Made by a program: the position numbers and the translations under genes. The notes beneath the pieces were generated by a model, which worked only from the letters and a program-made list of their open reading frames with translations, was not told where the DNA came from and made no database searches. From NCBI GenBank assembly GCA_963713605.1, contig CAVQMO010000010.1:832001-896000 (forward strand): a DNA stretch of 64,000 nt. Direction: 5' to 3'. Numbering within the stretch: the first letter of the stretch is position 1; the number at the start of each line of letters is the position of its first letter. Below are positions 34,198 to 44,725 of the stretch, in pieces. The DNA is from an uncultured Nitrososphaerales archaeon. GTDB taxonomy: Archaea > Thermoproteota > Nitrososphaeria > Nitrososphaerales > Nitrososphaeraceae.

Positions 34198-34678
34198 TTG
34201 CGAGTCTGGTTCTTGGCTGGAACATTCGGAGGTGCGGCCGAACGCACTTGCGAGATACCTGCTGGGAAAGCCATTCTATTTCCAATACTCGTTACAGAGT
34301 GCAGTTATTTGGACACTCCAGGATTGAAGACAGAGTCGGAATTACGTGCTTGCGCTAAGGAGGGCCAAGACGCTGGTTCTAGAACTTTGGAAGCCGCAGT
34401 CGACGGTGCACAATTAAAGAATTTAGAGAAATATCGAGTAGAATCTCAATTGTTCGATTCTTACTTATCCCGAAAATAACGTGTTCTCAGTAGCACCTGG
34501 AAAGACCAAAGCCGTAAGTGATGGGTTCTGGGGTATTTTAGAACCACTGCCTAGTGGAAATCATGATATTGACTTCAGCGGTAGCATAATCGATCCGAGT
34601 GGTGTCAATAATTACAACACGCAAGCAAAATATCATTTAATAGTGAAGGAACCAACAAATTCAACTATGCCAAAGTAG
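34198..34678 (+). pseudogene. Secreted-protein family remnant (5'-truncated, frameshifted)
   Basis: WFLAGTFGG..ERTCEIPAGKAILFPI...AVSDGFWGILEPLPSGNH. Confidence 0.6.
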
Positions 34679-34745
34679 CGTAGTTCCGGTTTCCGCTTCT
34701 GTAAATCATTATCAGAGACTCTCCTCCGGTTCTGTTCGTGATCTA

Positions 34746-35342
34746 TTGATTATATCTCAAATTGACGAGTCATTGATCATGACAAAACACAAACTTATTG
34801 AACTTAGAAAAATAATCGAAGAAAGAATTGGATCACTCACCGAAGAAGTAGAAATAGCAACTAATGTCGAACTGAACCCGCTATACATAGTGGATCGTAA
34901 AGACGAAATAGAGTCTCTACGATGGACTACAAGAATTATCCGATGGGTCTTAGATCAGGGTATCGACGGGCAACAGCATCTTGGAGTAGACAAATTACGA
35001 TCGGAGTTGGAAGACGCTAAGAAATTTGAAAATATGTTACACGATAAAATTCAAGAGCTAGAGATAGAGCTAGAAGATTCAAATATTGATAGAGAAAAAG
35101 AATTTCTCGTAAATAATATTGATACTCTAAAATGTGTCTTAAACCATCTTTTCAATCTGAAATACGGAGAAAAAGTGCGCGCTTTAGATATTGCAGAATC
35201 CAACCATCAAGCTATGGGTAGAAGAAAGAAATTTCTCAAAATGCAAGATGTAGAGTCTGAGATTAGTGCCACAAATACAAAACTAGAGTTGACAGCGGAC
35301 TATACGCATTTTAAAACAACAACTGTTACAAGAGTACATTAA
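34746..35342 (+). CDS. Hypothetical coiled-coil protein
   Basis: 198-aa Glu/Lys/Leu-rich ORF. Confidence 0.5.
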   Translation: MIISQIDESLIMTKHKLIELRKIIEERIGSLTEEVEIATNVELNPLYIVDRKDEIESLRWTTRIIRWVLDQGIDGQQHLGVDKLRSELEDAKKFENMLHDKIQELEIELEDSNIDREKEFLVNNIDTLKCVLNHLFNLKYGEKVRALDIAESNHQAMGRRKKFLKMQDVESEISATNTKLELTADYTHFKTTTVTRVH

Positions 35343-35858
35343 TTTATCGAAGCTTGAGTGTAGTTCCATGAATTCGTGGCATAGCGGACATTCAATCTCG
35401 TTATCTAATTCAGTTATCACCGGCTCTTAAATTTCTAATTCTGTTAAACCAGATTCTTCTATAATTTCGAGAGCTTGATTTTCTTCCGGGGGAACTAGTT
35501 TCGTACGGCTTTGTCTTGACATGTCTTTACAATTATCAAAAATGACTATTATATTCCAGCTGACTCTGTGGTGGGGGAGAGTGGTGTACGTCTATATTTT
35601 CCATTATTTTCAATCCCATACCAGTTGTAATTTCATTCGGCTCAATCGCATAATTCAAGCGAGGCTGAGCTCGCCAAAATGGTAACAACGAGGATTGCAT
35701 AATTCATCTTTTCGAAGGCACGTTATCTATCGATTGATAATCTAAAAGATATGGTAGCTACTCGGAGGGCTTTGGAAGTGGGAACACTAGTCACAAAGAA
35801 AATCTATTTCTAATTAAACATAAAGGGAGCTAAATGATTATTAAAAGCAAGAACCTAC

Positions 35859-36062
35859 TTATGGCTCCCTGTCGTTTTCTAAAATGCTTGTAATATAAGA
35901 AAAGTATGCGGGCTCACTGGCCAGATATTCGGTTATATTTACCCTATGTTTCTTTGTGTCGCGGTGCTGCATTGCAAGGATTGAGTTGCCGAATACTGCG
36001 TTACATTCTTCGCACCACGCAGCGAAGTTTCTTCTGTATACATCAGGGCGACAGCTGGGCAA
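35859..36062 (-). CDS. Small C2H2-like zinc-finger protein
   Basis: CEECNAVF...QHRDTKKH. Confidence 0.45.
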   Translation of the reverse strand: MPSCRPDVYRRNFAAWCEECNAVFGNSILAMQHRDTKKHRVNITEYLASEPAYFSYITSILENDREP

Positions 36063-36382
36063 TATTTTACTACATATTTTTAGTGCGCTTCTCTTCCTTT
36101 AAGGTTTGTTGTCTCGCTCTTGAGGTCAAATGTAAAGACAGACCAAGTCCATTATTGGATTAACGAAATTACAAATCAATATGCAGATTTTGTTGTCACG
36201 AATGTGAAGGCTGATCCTGACAAAATATCTTTGATATAGGCTCACCTAGTAGGGAGGACTTGACGGCTCAAGATGTTGAATTCAGAATGAAGGAGTATCT
36301 AGAGATGAGTGTACCGCCTTTTGATGTCAACGAATTAAAAGTGCAATAGCAGTATCAAAGAAATTAATAAGCCAGTGCTCAT

Positions 36383-37405
36383 TTAATTACCAGTCGTAAG
36401 CACACATCTAAACCTAGCTTTACCACTCATCATGTGATCATAAGCCTCCGCTGCGCGTTCCAACGGAAAGACTTCATTCATAGACCTTACACCAGAGAGA
36501 ACACTAAATGAGAGTGTGTCTTGAGAGTCGATTGACGTACCTGATGGCCAGCCTACAATCGATCGACGTCCTTGTATCATTAGAAATGAAGGTACTTGAA
36601 TTGGTTCATTAGATGCTCCAATTATGACAAGCTTCCCATTTGCTGAAAGACCTCCCAGAATTTCAGTCATCGCCTTTCCACTTGGAACGGTCGCAAGTAT
36701 CACTTTAGCTCCGCCCAGTTTGTTAAGTTCTTCGACGGCGTCCTGTGATTTGTTATCAATGTATTGCTTTGCACCCAGATTCTTCATCAATTCCTCTTCC
36801 TTGTCTCTTGACCGGCCTATGGCGACAGTATTAAAACCCATCTTAGCAGCAAACTGAATTCCAAGGTGTCCGAGTCCTCCCATACCAAAAATGGCGACTA
36901 GATCGCCTGTACGTGCTCCACTATTTCGAAGAGCATTGTATGTAGTAATACCAGCACACATAAGGGGCGCAGCTTCGACAGCTGAAAGCTGCTCTGGGAT
37001 TGATGCTACAGCTTCGATAGGTGCAATCATATAATCTGCATATCCACCATCGTATGAAATGCCTGGGACCTGCGCATTTTTACAAGTGGCAAAATCTCCG
37101 CGCCTGCAGGATTCACATTGACCATCATGGCCTCCATGCCAGCCAACAGCTACTCTCTGTCCCGTTTTCCATTGAGTGATGTCTTCGCCTACCTTATCTA
37201 TAATACCTGCAATCTCATGGCCAGGAACCCTTGGATACTGTATGCCTGGGTATAACCCTTCCTTAGTAAAGGAATCACTATGACATATTCCGCATGCTTG
37301 TACCTTTATTCGAACTTGCGTAGGACCAGGTTCTGGAATATCCCTTTCCACAATTTCAAGAAGACCATTAGCTTTAGAAACTTGAACTGAACGCATATTG
37401 TACAA
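36383..37405 (-). CDS. Zinc-dependent alcohol dehydrogenase (MDR family)
   Basis: CGICHSD, PGHE, CESC..G...C, PLMCAGITTYNAL, GMGGLG, GKARFRCVL. Confidence 0.95.
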   Translation of the reverse strand: MYNMRSVQVSKANGLLEIVERDIPEPGPTQVRIKVQACGICHSDSFTKEGLYPGIQYPRVPGHEIAGIIDKVGEDITQWKTGQRVAVGWHGGHDGQCESCRRGDFATCKNAQVPGISYDGGYADYMIAPIEAVASIPEQLSAVEAAPLMCAGITTYNALRNSGARTGDLVAIFGMGGLGHLGIQFAAKMGFNTVAIGRSRDKEEELMKNLGAKQYIDNKSQDAVEELNKLGGAKVILATVPSGKAMTEILGGLSANGKLVIIGASNEPIQVPSFLMIQGRRSIVGWPSGTSIDSQDTLSFSVLSGVRSMNEVFPLERAAEAYDHMMSGKARFRCVLTTGN

Positions 37406-37637
37406 AATTCTAAATTACATCATTATTATCTTTTATTGTCGCCCTGTTCCGATTTTTAGAAATTTTTTCATGTAAAACGTTAATCGGTTAACCTCTTTAA
37501 TTTCTTTATTCTTTTCAAGGACGTATTACAAAAGTAGTTCATTGCTACGTCCTTGCAAGACTTCTTGAAAGTCTTTGACTGGAAACAGCGTATTTACATT
37601 AAGAAAATAGATGGGTGCCCGCAGGTCTTCTTGTCGT

Positions 37638-38192
37638 CTAGCAGTTTTCTTCTACGTTCTCAGCGTCGTCGTCGTCAAACTGACTGTTGAACGCTCCGTG
37701 AGCTGCTGGATGTCCTTGATCTTGGTTGCCTATTCCTTGTCTGGGTGTTTCGTTACCATCGAGTTCTGGAACCGGATCACTGCTATGTTCGCCGAGCGTG
37801 CCCTCTTCTGGATTCTCCTTGTGCTCCTGCGCTTCATGGCTGATCACCTTGCCGAAGCAGTTGGCAGATATCTCGCCATCATCACCTAACTCCTCCTCTG
37901 GAATAGTTGGGTCACTTACTGTGCCTCCTTGGGCTCCTTCAACTGAAGTCTGACTCTCGTCATCATGACTACCTACCCTATCGGGTTGAGTATCGCCATT
38001 GCCGCCTTCTCCTGCATTGCCATTGTCCACTACATTATCGCTGTTGCCGTTGCTGTCTTCCTCGCTATCGCTTTGGGCAAACACGTCGTTGTCAGTTGTC
38101 ATAACTGTTGACAGCAGTGCTGTCGCTGTCAGCATTAGTAGGGCTGACAGATATAACCTACTCTTATTTTTGGTTTCCTTGGAACTCATCAT
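37638..38192 (-). CDS. Secreted acidic low-complexity protein
   Basis: Signal peptide ending VFA-Q; D/E/G/N-rich. Confidence 0.7.
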   Translation of the reverse strand: MMSSKETKNKSRLYLSALLMLTATALLSTVMTTDNDVFAQSDSEEDSNGNSDNVVDNGNAGEGGNGDTQPDRVGSHDDESQTSVEGAQGGTVSDPTIPEEELGDDGEISANCFGKVISHEAQEHKENPEEGTLGEHSSDPVPELDGNETPRQGIGNQDQGHPAAHGAFNSQFDDDDAENVEENC

Positions 38193-38291
38193 CGGCGTAC
38201 GAAAGTCATGAGTATTAAAAGCGCCGATTCTAAGATAGTATTGACTTATTAGGTACTACTTGCCTTGGTATGGGTTTAGTAGAGAATAACT

Positions 38292-38431
38292 TACTTCTTC
38301 ATAGAGAGTGAATACCATGAAAAAGACCATATTTACGGGACTACTTCTTCATAGAGAGTGAATACCATGAAAAAGACCATATTTACGGGACTACTTCTTC
38401 ATAGAGAGTGAATACCATGAAAAAGACCATA
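38292..38431. repeat. Perfect 50-bp tandem repeat, ~2.8 copies
   Basis: TACTTCTTCATAGAGAGTGAATACCATGAAAAAGACCATATTTACGGGAC at 38292, 38342 and 38392 (partial). Confidence 0.95.
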
Positions 38432-38482
38432 AGCATTATAACGCTTATCACATTCGTTCAATAGAGATTACGATTTACACTT

Positions 38483-39144
38483 TGCAGGAAAAATAGGGAA
38501 TATCTTCCATACCAAGGATATCGAAGGCAGCAATTGAGAAAGGCAGGAAACATTTACCGGATTCCGGTAATAGTTATTCACAGAAGTCTGTAGGCTTAGA
38601 TCCTGGATTTGGCTCCTCAAAATTTGGTGTATGGATAACTGAATTAGTAGATAGACTAATTCATGTCTTGCATGCAGAGGACTATCAAAGGCCCGACTTT
38701 AACAAAATGATCGACATTACGATAAATTTGCTCGACAAGTATATTATCACATTCGAAGGTAGAAGCAGGATATTTGTAGACGGTGTAAATCCTTCCTTCA
38801 TTAGGACCCTAAAGGAGAGATTGGAGAAAGATACCAACTTTGAACACATTACGGCCTATCTTAAGAAGCAATATTCATCAATTTATGATTTAGAATTCTT
38901 AGAAGAAAATAAGTTTATCATCCCAGTCGCATTCTCGAAGGAACATAAGAAAATGTTAACTCATGCCAAGGCAATGCTTGAATATCATAACGGGCAAGTG
39001 GCTATTAATCCACGACAGCATACGAAGTTAATAACTTCGCTTCGTACTGCAGTAGAAAATGGGGAAGGTAGCCTAGATAAGGAGGCTACGAGTCATGATG
39101 ATTTGTTTGATAGTTTCAGACTATCGCTTATTTTCTGGCATTGA
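38483..39144 (+). pseudogene. Terminase large subunit-like RNase H nuclease domain (ATPase domain missing)
   Basis: GLDPGFGSSKFGV upstream of the ORF, IFVDGVNP, IIPVAF, C-terminal SHDDLFDSFRLSLIFWH*. Confidence 0.65.
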
Positions 39145-39186
39145 AAGATATCAAGCTGCTTGCTGGTTCACCTAAAAGTGAAGAGG

Positions 39187-39668
39187 TTAGAGGTTCGCTT
39201 CCGAGCTCGACGCCGACATTGATCGCTTGATTACCACTTTGTGTCCAGAGTTCTGCTTGCCTTGATTCTGTGACCCTATCTCCTGACAGAAATCTGCGAC
39301 TGATATGAAGCCATTGCTACAATCGCTTGCTTGTGGCTGGGCTTGACTGTTTCCAGGTCCACCTTTCTTCATGTCATCATTACTCTTCTTATCTGCGGAC
39401 GCATCATCTGTTGCTGGAGAGGTGAGATCGTCGGCTTCAGTACCGATTGCAAGATTGATTTCTTGATTACCACTTTGTGCTACAGAGTTCTCCTTGCCTT
39501 GATTCTGTGACCCTATCTCCTGACAGAAATCTGCGACTGATATGAAGCCATTGTCTCTTTGAAGCCATGTCTCTTTTTGACTGCAACCGCATTGTCGGTG
39601 GTTGCTAATGTTGCTGCTGCAACTAACATTAATGTCATCGCTGCCACTACCAAATATTTGGAGTTCAT
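39187..39668 (-). pseudogene. Secreted protein with an internal ~90-bp duplication (39226-39316 / 39462-39553)
   Basis: MNSKYLVVAAMTLMLVAAA signal peptide; duplicated NGFISVADFCQEIGSQNQGK. Confidence 0.6.
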
Positions 39669-39875
39669 ATATTTACGCTAAATCCCAGGTACGATTTGTT
39701 AATATGCATTAACTTAACCGAGTACAATACTATTATCTGATTTATCATCTGTAGACTATATTGAAGAAGCAGGTGTTCTGGCAATAGATATCCTTTAGAG
39801 AAGATAAATATGATTTAACAGAGATTCCAATTCAATCTAACCCCTATAAACCATTGTTAGAATCCACTTAGCAGT

Positions 39876-40547
39876 ATGCATAGGGCCAATTTAACTATCA
39901 TAGCAATACCAGTACTATTACTTGCTATTACTACAGTAGCAACACCTTCCATGATAACGGAGGACGTATTTGCAAAATATGGAAGGTATGGTACCGGTGA
40001 TTCTACTAGTCAGGCAGCGGCAGTTAGCAATGAGTGTTTAAACCCTATACTTGATTCAAATACTATCGATAATGCACTTGGCGTAGGCAACTGCGGTGGC
40101 ACAGTGTCGCAGCAGGATGAATCAGGCTCGGCTGCAGCACCAATAACCCATCAGAGTGCAAGCCCCACAATCGAATTGCAACGGAATACAGGAGGAGGAC
40201 AACATCACTCCTCCGTATCATCATCATCACCACAAGAACCTTCCCCCAACTCTGGAACGGTCTTTTTGACCGTGAATGTTGGTCCATTTGTGGACCAATT
40301 GTCCTTTGCAGTAAGTACAGATGCAGTGTCTCCTACTGGAATTACTCCAGTAAATCAGGAACAGACCCTCACCTTTTCCCCTGTTCCCCCGTCCACATTT
40401 GAAGTAACATTCACGGGTGATGCACATGCAGCTGTAGAGCAAGCCTCACCCCCTTGCTCGGTAGGCGGCGAGATGACAATTACCGGCAATATCCCACCTG
40501 CTGGTGGAATTATCTCTTGCACCATAGTTATAGAAAACGTACCATAA
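39876..40547 (+). CDS. Secreted hypothetical protein
   Basis: Signal peptide ending VFA-K; SQAAAVSNECLNP. Confidence 0.7.
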   Translation: MHRANLTIIAIPVLLLAITTVATPSMITEDVFAKYGRYGTGDSTSQAAAVSNECLNPILDSNTIDNALGVGNCGGTVSQQDESGSAAAPITHQSASPTIELQRNTGGGQHHSSVSSSSPQEPSPNSGTVFLTVNVGPFVDQLSFAVSTDAVSPTGITPVNQEQTLTFSPVPPSTFEVTFTGDAHAAVEQASPPCSVGGEMTITGNIPPAGGIISCTIVIENVP

Positions 40548-40706
40548 GGATAGGCTAGGATGATCAGTTAGGTGGCCAATGTCATAAGGAAGTCAAGGAG
40601 CCTAGCCAGGGATCAGAGAATACCCAGAAGGACCAGCAGCAAAAACCACACTAGGAATTATTAGTATTATTATTATGATGATGATTCCTACATTCATCAA
40701 ATGACT

Positions 40707-41135
<429 letters not shown>

Positions 41136-41224
41136 GTTACTAGTTTGAGGGTAACAAAGTCCTGAGCGTGAAATCGCTTACGGTATGACGTATCTGCAGT
41201 TACAGAAAATCATTATAGATTACA

Positions 41225-41420
41225 TTTACTATTCATTGCACGGAATTGTAGTTGATGCATTTAATGAACCTAGAGAAGCATTGTTGAGCTTCAAATCTAG
41301 TTACTACGACTTGGTTATACTTGATATTAAAATGCCTGATATGGATGGCTTTGAACTGTATCGGGAGTGAAGAAAATTGATCCCGCTGTTAAGAGCTTGT
41401 TTTCTTACGACCAATGAGCG
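41225..41420 (+). pseudogene. Response regulator receiver fragment
   Basis: VDAFNEPREAL...LDIKMPDMDGFELY, frameshifted and truncated. Confidence 0.7.
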
Positions 41421-41430
41421 TTTATTCTTG

Positions 41431-42024
41431 TCAAGATCTCTTTGCCTCGTAGTGGAGCAATACGGCACCGTTTTCGAACGCTTTTGATTCAATCAGAGTG
41501 TATTTTTGAATCTCGTTCAAGTCCTTAAATATGGTCATACCGTTTCCGATTGCCACAGGATTAATAAAAAAATAAAATTCGTCAATTAGTTTTTCTTTAA
41601 TCAAGGAAGAATCGAATGAGGCACCACCATAAACGACGATGTCCCCGCCGTTTTGACTCTTTATCTTGTTAACCTCTTCTATGAGATTGCCTGTTGCAAT
41701 ATCTGTATTTATCCACCTGGATTTGTTCAGTGTTTTAGTGAATACAACTTTTGGGATATCAATCATCCTTTTAGAGAACTCATACCAGGGGTCATTAGGC
41801 TTGTTCATCACATCTGACCAGTAAGAGATGAAATCATCAGTCATTTTCCGTCCAAGGAGAATGGTGTCAACAGGCTCATGTAATTCGTATTCATATTTTA
41901 TGATTTCATCATCCGAGAGTCCAACCATCCAATCCATTTCACCGTTTGGGCCAGCAATACAGCCATCTACGGACATTGCGACATGAAGTCTTAATTTTCT
42001 CAACGCCTTATTGTTATTTGCCAT
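41431..42024 (-). CDS. Dihydrofolate reductase/RibD C-terminal family protein
   Basis: AMSVDGCIAGPNGEMDW, LLGRK, IVVYGGAS, LIDEFYFFINPVAIGNG. Confidence 0.9.
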   Translation of the reverse strand: MANNNKALRKLRLHVAMSVDGCIAGPNGEMDWMVGLSDDEIIKYEYELHEPVDTILLGRKMTDDFISYWSDVMNKPNDPWYEFSKRMIDIPKVVFTKTLNKSRWINTDIATGNLIEEVNKIKSQNGGDIVVYGGASFDSSLIKEKLIDEFYFFINPVAIGNGMTIFKDLNEIQKYTLIESKAFENGAVLLHYEAKRS

Positions 42025-42402
42025 TGCAGAAAAACGAATCTTTGTCTTAACTATGTTTCTATCCCTTAAGAACCCAAAACTTTGTTATACTGATTTATCT
42101 AACCTAAAAACGAACATCTGAGCAAAGTCGAACGGCGATTAAAGTGGTGTCGAGATAAAGTCAGAGAGTTATCCATTAAAGGTCATGGACGCCTGGCTTT
42201 TACAGATCAAAGATGCGGGTCATGCAATAATGACTCAATATCCGGCGGAGGTCGCGGAGATATTAAATACATTCCTATCTACTTCAGGCCAAAGTAGTTG
42301 AATTATCCATTGAGTGACTAAGCATGTCGCACTTGGCTGTGGTGAAAGGATGGACCATACGCTTCATTTGCCGGACGGTATAACAACCTAGGGTACCTGT
42401 GG

Positions 42403-42492
42403 GAGAACGGTGAAGGTATGCTCGATAAGGAAGCAACTAGTCATGATGATTTGATGGACGCATTCAGGATGTCTTTGTTGTTCTGGCATTAG
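42403..42492 (+). pseudogene. Terminase-like 3'-end remnant
   Basis: ENGEGMLDKEATSHDDLMDAFRMSLLFWH*. Confidence 0.7.
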
Positions 42493-42682
42493 AATCAAAG
42501 ATTTAGGTCATTTGTGTTATTGCGAGGTCAATAATGACCCTGTTACCGTATGATGCAAGAAATGAAAGATTGATTGACAAACTATCTCTGCAGTTATGGC
42601 ATTGATATATGACGATGCTGTAAGAACATGCTGTAATTATATTCTCGAAGATTAATTAATATCTTTCAGGTTAGTTGTTCTA

Positions 42683-43329
42683 ATGACAGAAAGTAGTTTG
42701 GTTGTAAAATCCAAGAATAGGATGAAGATATCTTTTCCACTTGTGGCTTTGTCTTTGACTTTGGCCAGCGTTATTTTCATCGGAACTTCGGCAATGCCTT
42801 TCGAATTGGTAAACGGACAGAATGCTACGGGACAGAATGCTACGGGACAGAATGCTACGGGGCAAATAGAAAATGCAAGTGCTATTGATCAGGTCGATAT
42901 TGACGTGCTCAAAACTCTTGCACTTCAGGTTATGCTAACACCGCAAACGTAACGATCGATGGTAAACCTACTCCATTCAGCTACAACATTATAGGAGGCT
43001 CACTTGTTGGGATGCTAGCAAATCCTGATAGACATGCATTGTACCTGGCTCTTAACCCCCAAAGCAACGAAGACGGAGGAGCAGTGGAGATTCAGTTACC
43101 TAGAAATCTCATAGACTCCAAAGGTACATCAGATAAGGACAAACCGTATACTGTTGTAATGGATGGTGACAGGATGAGTGGTGAACCCACCGGTATATGT
43201 CTCGGAGATTGTCCCAATATCTTCAACAGTTTCAAACAAACTGGACAATCGGACAAAGAGAGAGTGTTGACTATTGTATTTGGTCCGGAGAGTAGATTTG
43301 TAGAGATTATTGGCAACAAAGGAGCGTAA
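42683..43329 (+). CDS. Secreted protein (frameshifted), GQNAT x3 repeat
   Basis: Signal peptide; GAVEIQLPRNLIDSK...VLTIVFGPESRFVEIIG. Confidence 0.6.
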
Positions 43330-43798
43330 GCATAAGTTTAGCAATATGTCATTTATTTCGACCAGCAAAGAGATTAACTAACCTTTTTATTTTGTGCTTG
43401 ATGGTATGATTCTGCTCATTGAATTTTTTGTTTTATCTTCTGCTCATTCATTGTCTTGATTGACTCTTGAACCCTTACACGGGAATAGATAATAGGTATG
43501 GCAGCAGGCCGGAGATGTAATAAGAAGTGGTCTAAGGAAGTTAAACAGAGGATTAGCAAGACGATCCATCGAATGCATACATGGAGTGAGGATGAGTTAA
43601 AGATGTGTCATTCTAAAGAGAAAGCAACGGAAAGGTTAATTTCTACGAGGTTAATCTCTACGAGGAATGGACCCGAAAGTCAAGGAAGGATGGTATATAC
43701 GAAATAGTAAATTGCTATCACGACAAGTCAACCATCACTTAATGTAAAAAATGCACCAATTATTACTGCTACAGCGCGCGTTATTCTACCCATAAAAT

Positions 43799-44682
43799 TC
43801 AATCCAATATGAATAGCATCGTATTTCTTCGCTTGCCAATTCTTCTCATATAGAAATTAACAGATTTCGGAGTTTTTTGGTACGGGTGCTTAATCATAGA
43901 TGCTTTGAGAGAAACATATGGACTAGCACTATTGACGTTGGTTGATGTAGACCAGAAATTGGGTTTGATATGTACAATAACATTGGCTGTATGTTTTAGA
44001 TAAGTTCCCCCGGCCGGCTTGGGAATAAATCCGCTATTAGCAACATTACAGTCTCCGGTTGCGACTATGGCAACTTTATTTTTAGTACACGCTCTATAGA
44101 TAGTTCCAAGAGTCTTCTTTAGTGTATTAGCATCATCACTTACATTCCCATTCGGATCTCTATCATTAACAAGAAATTTTGTTAGATCTCTTATCGCAAG
44201 AAGCTTGATGTCTGGATCAGATTCGATCTTGTCGGAGATCTCGTCTGCTATTTCGACTTGATGCTCTTGGTTATACGCTGTTTGCACAAGCAAATTCTTG
44301 AATACTATTTTTGGTTCTATGCCAGCGTATTTTGCTGTGATTGTAATTTTTTCAGGATTCAGTAATTGATGCTTGTTTCTATCTATAGAAAAATCGATAT
44401 TATTGAGAAAGATGGAGCGGACTCAAATCCATTCTTTTTCTTGCTCTTTGGTAAGCCAATTAAGTGCCGATATAATAAAGAGTCAAGAATTAGTTGATTG
44501 TCGTGGCTGCTATAAAATAAATAGAATGACCTCTCTTGAACTCCATCAATTAGCGAGTCAATCTCTGCTGAACCAGTAGACATTTTTTGTAAGTGACTGG
44601 AATTATTCAGCAGATCGAGAGCGCATTTCATTTCAGAGAAATATGTTTGAAATGCAAAAGACAAGCGTGTGGATTGGGACAT
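43799..44682 (-). CDS. Inactivated RadA/Rad51 paralogue (frameshift near 44415)
   Basis: MSTGSAEIDSLIDG, LNPEKI...AGIEP, KLLAIRD, VAIVAT, KPAGGTYLKHTANVIV follow the RadA layout; Walker A is replaced by FYSSHDNQLIL. Confidence 0.75.
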
Positions 44683-44725
44683 CTAATCTCAAGAAATACG
44701 AATTTCATTTGGAAAGAACCACAGC

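Noticed and set aside
38292..38431. Possible CRISPR array
   Set aside because: Units are head-to-tail and identical with no variable spacers, and no cas genes are present.
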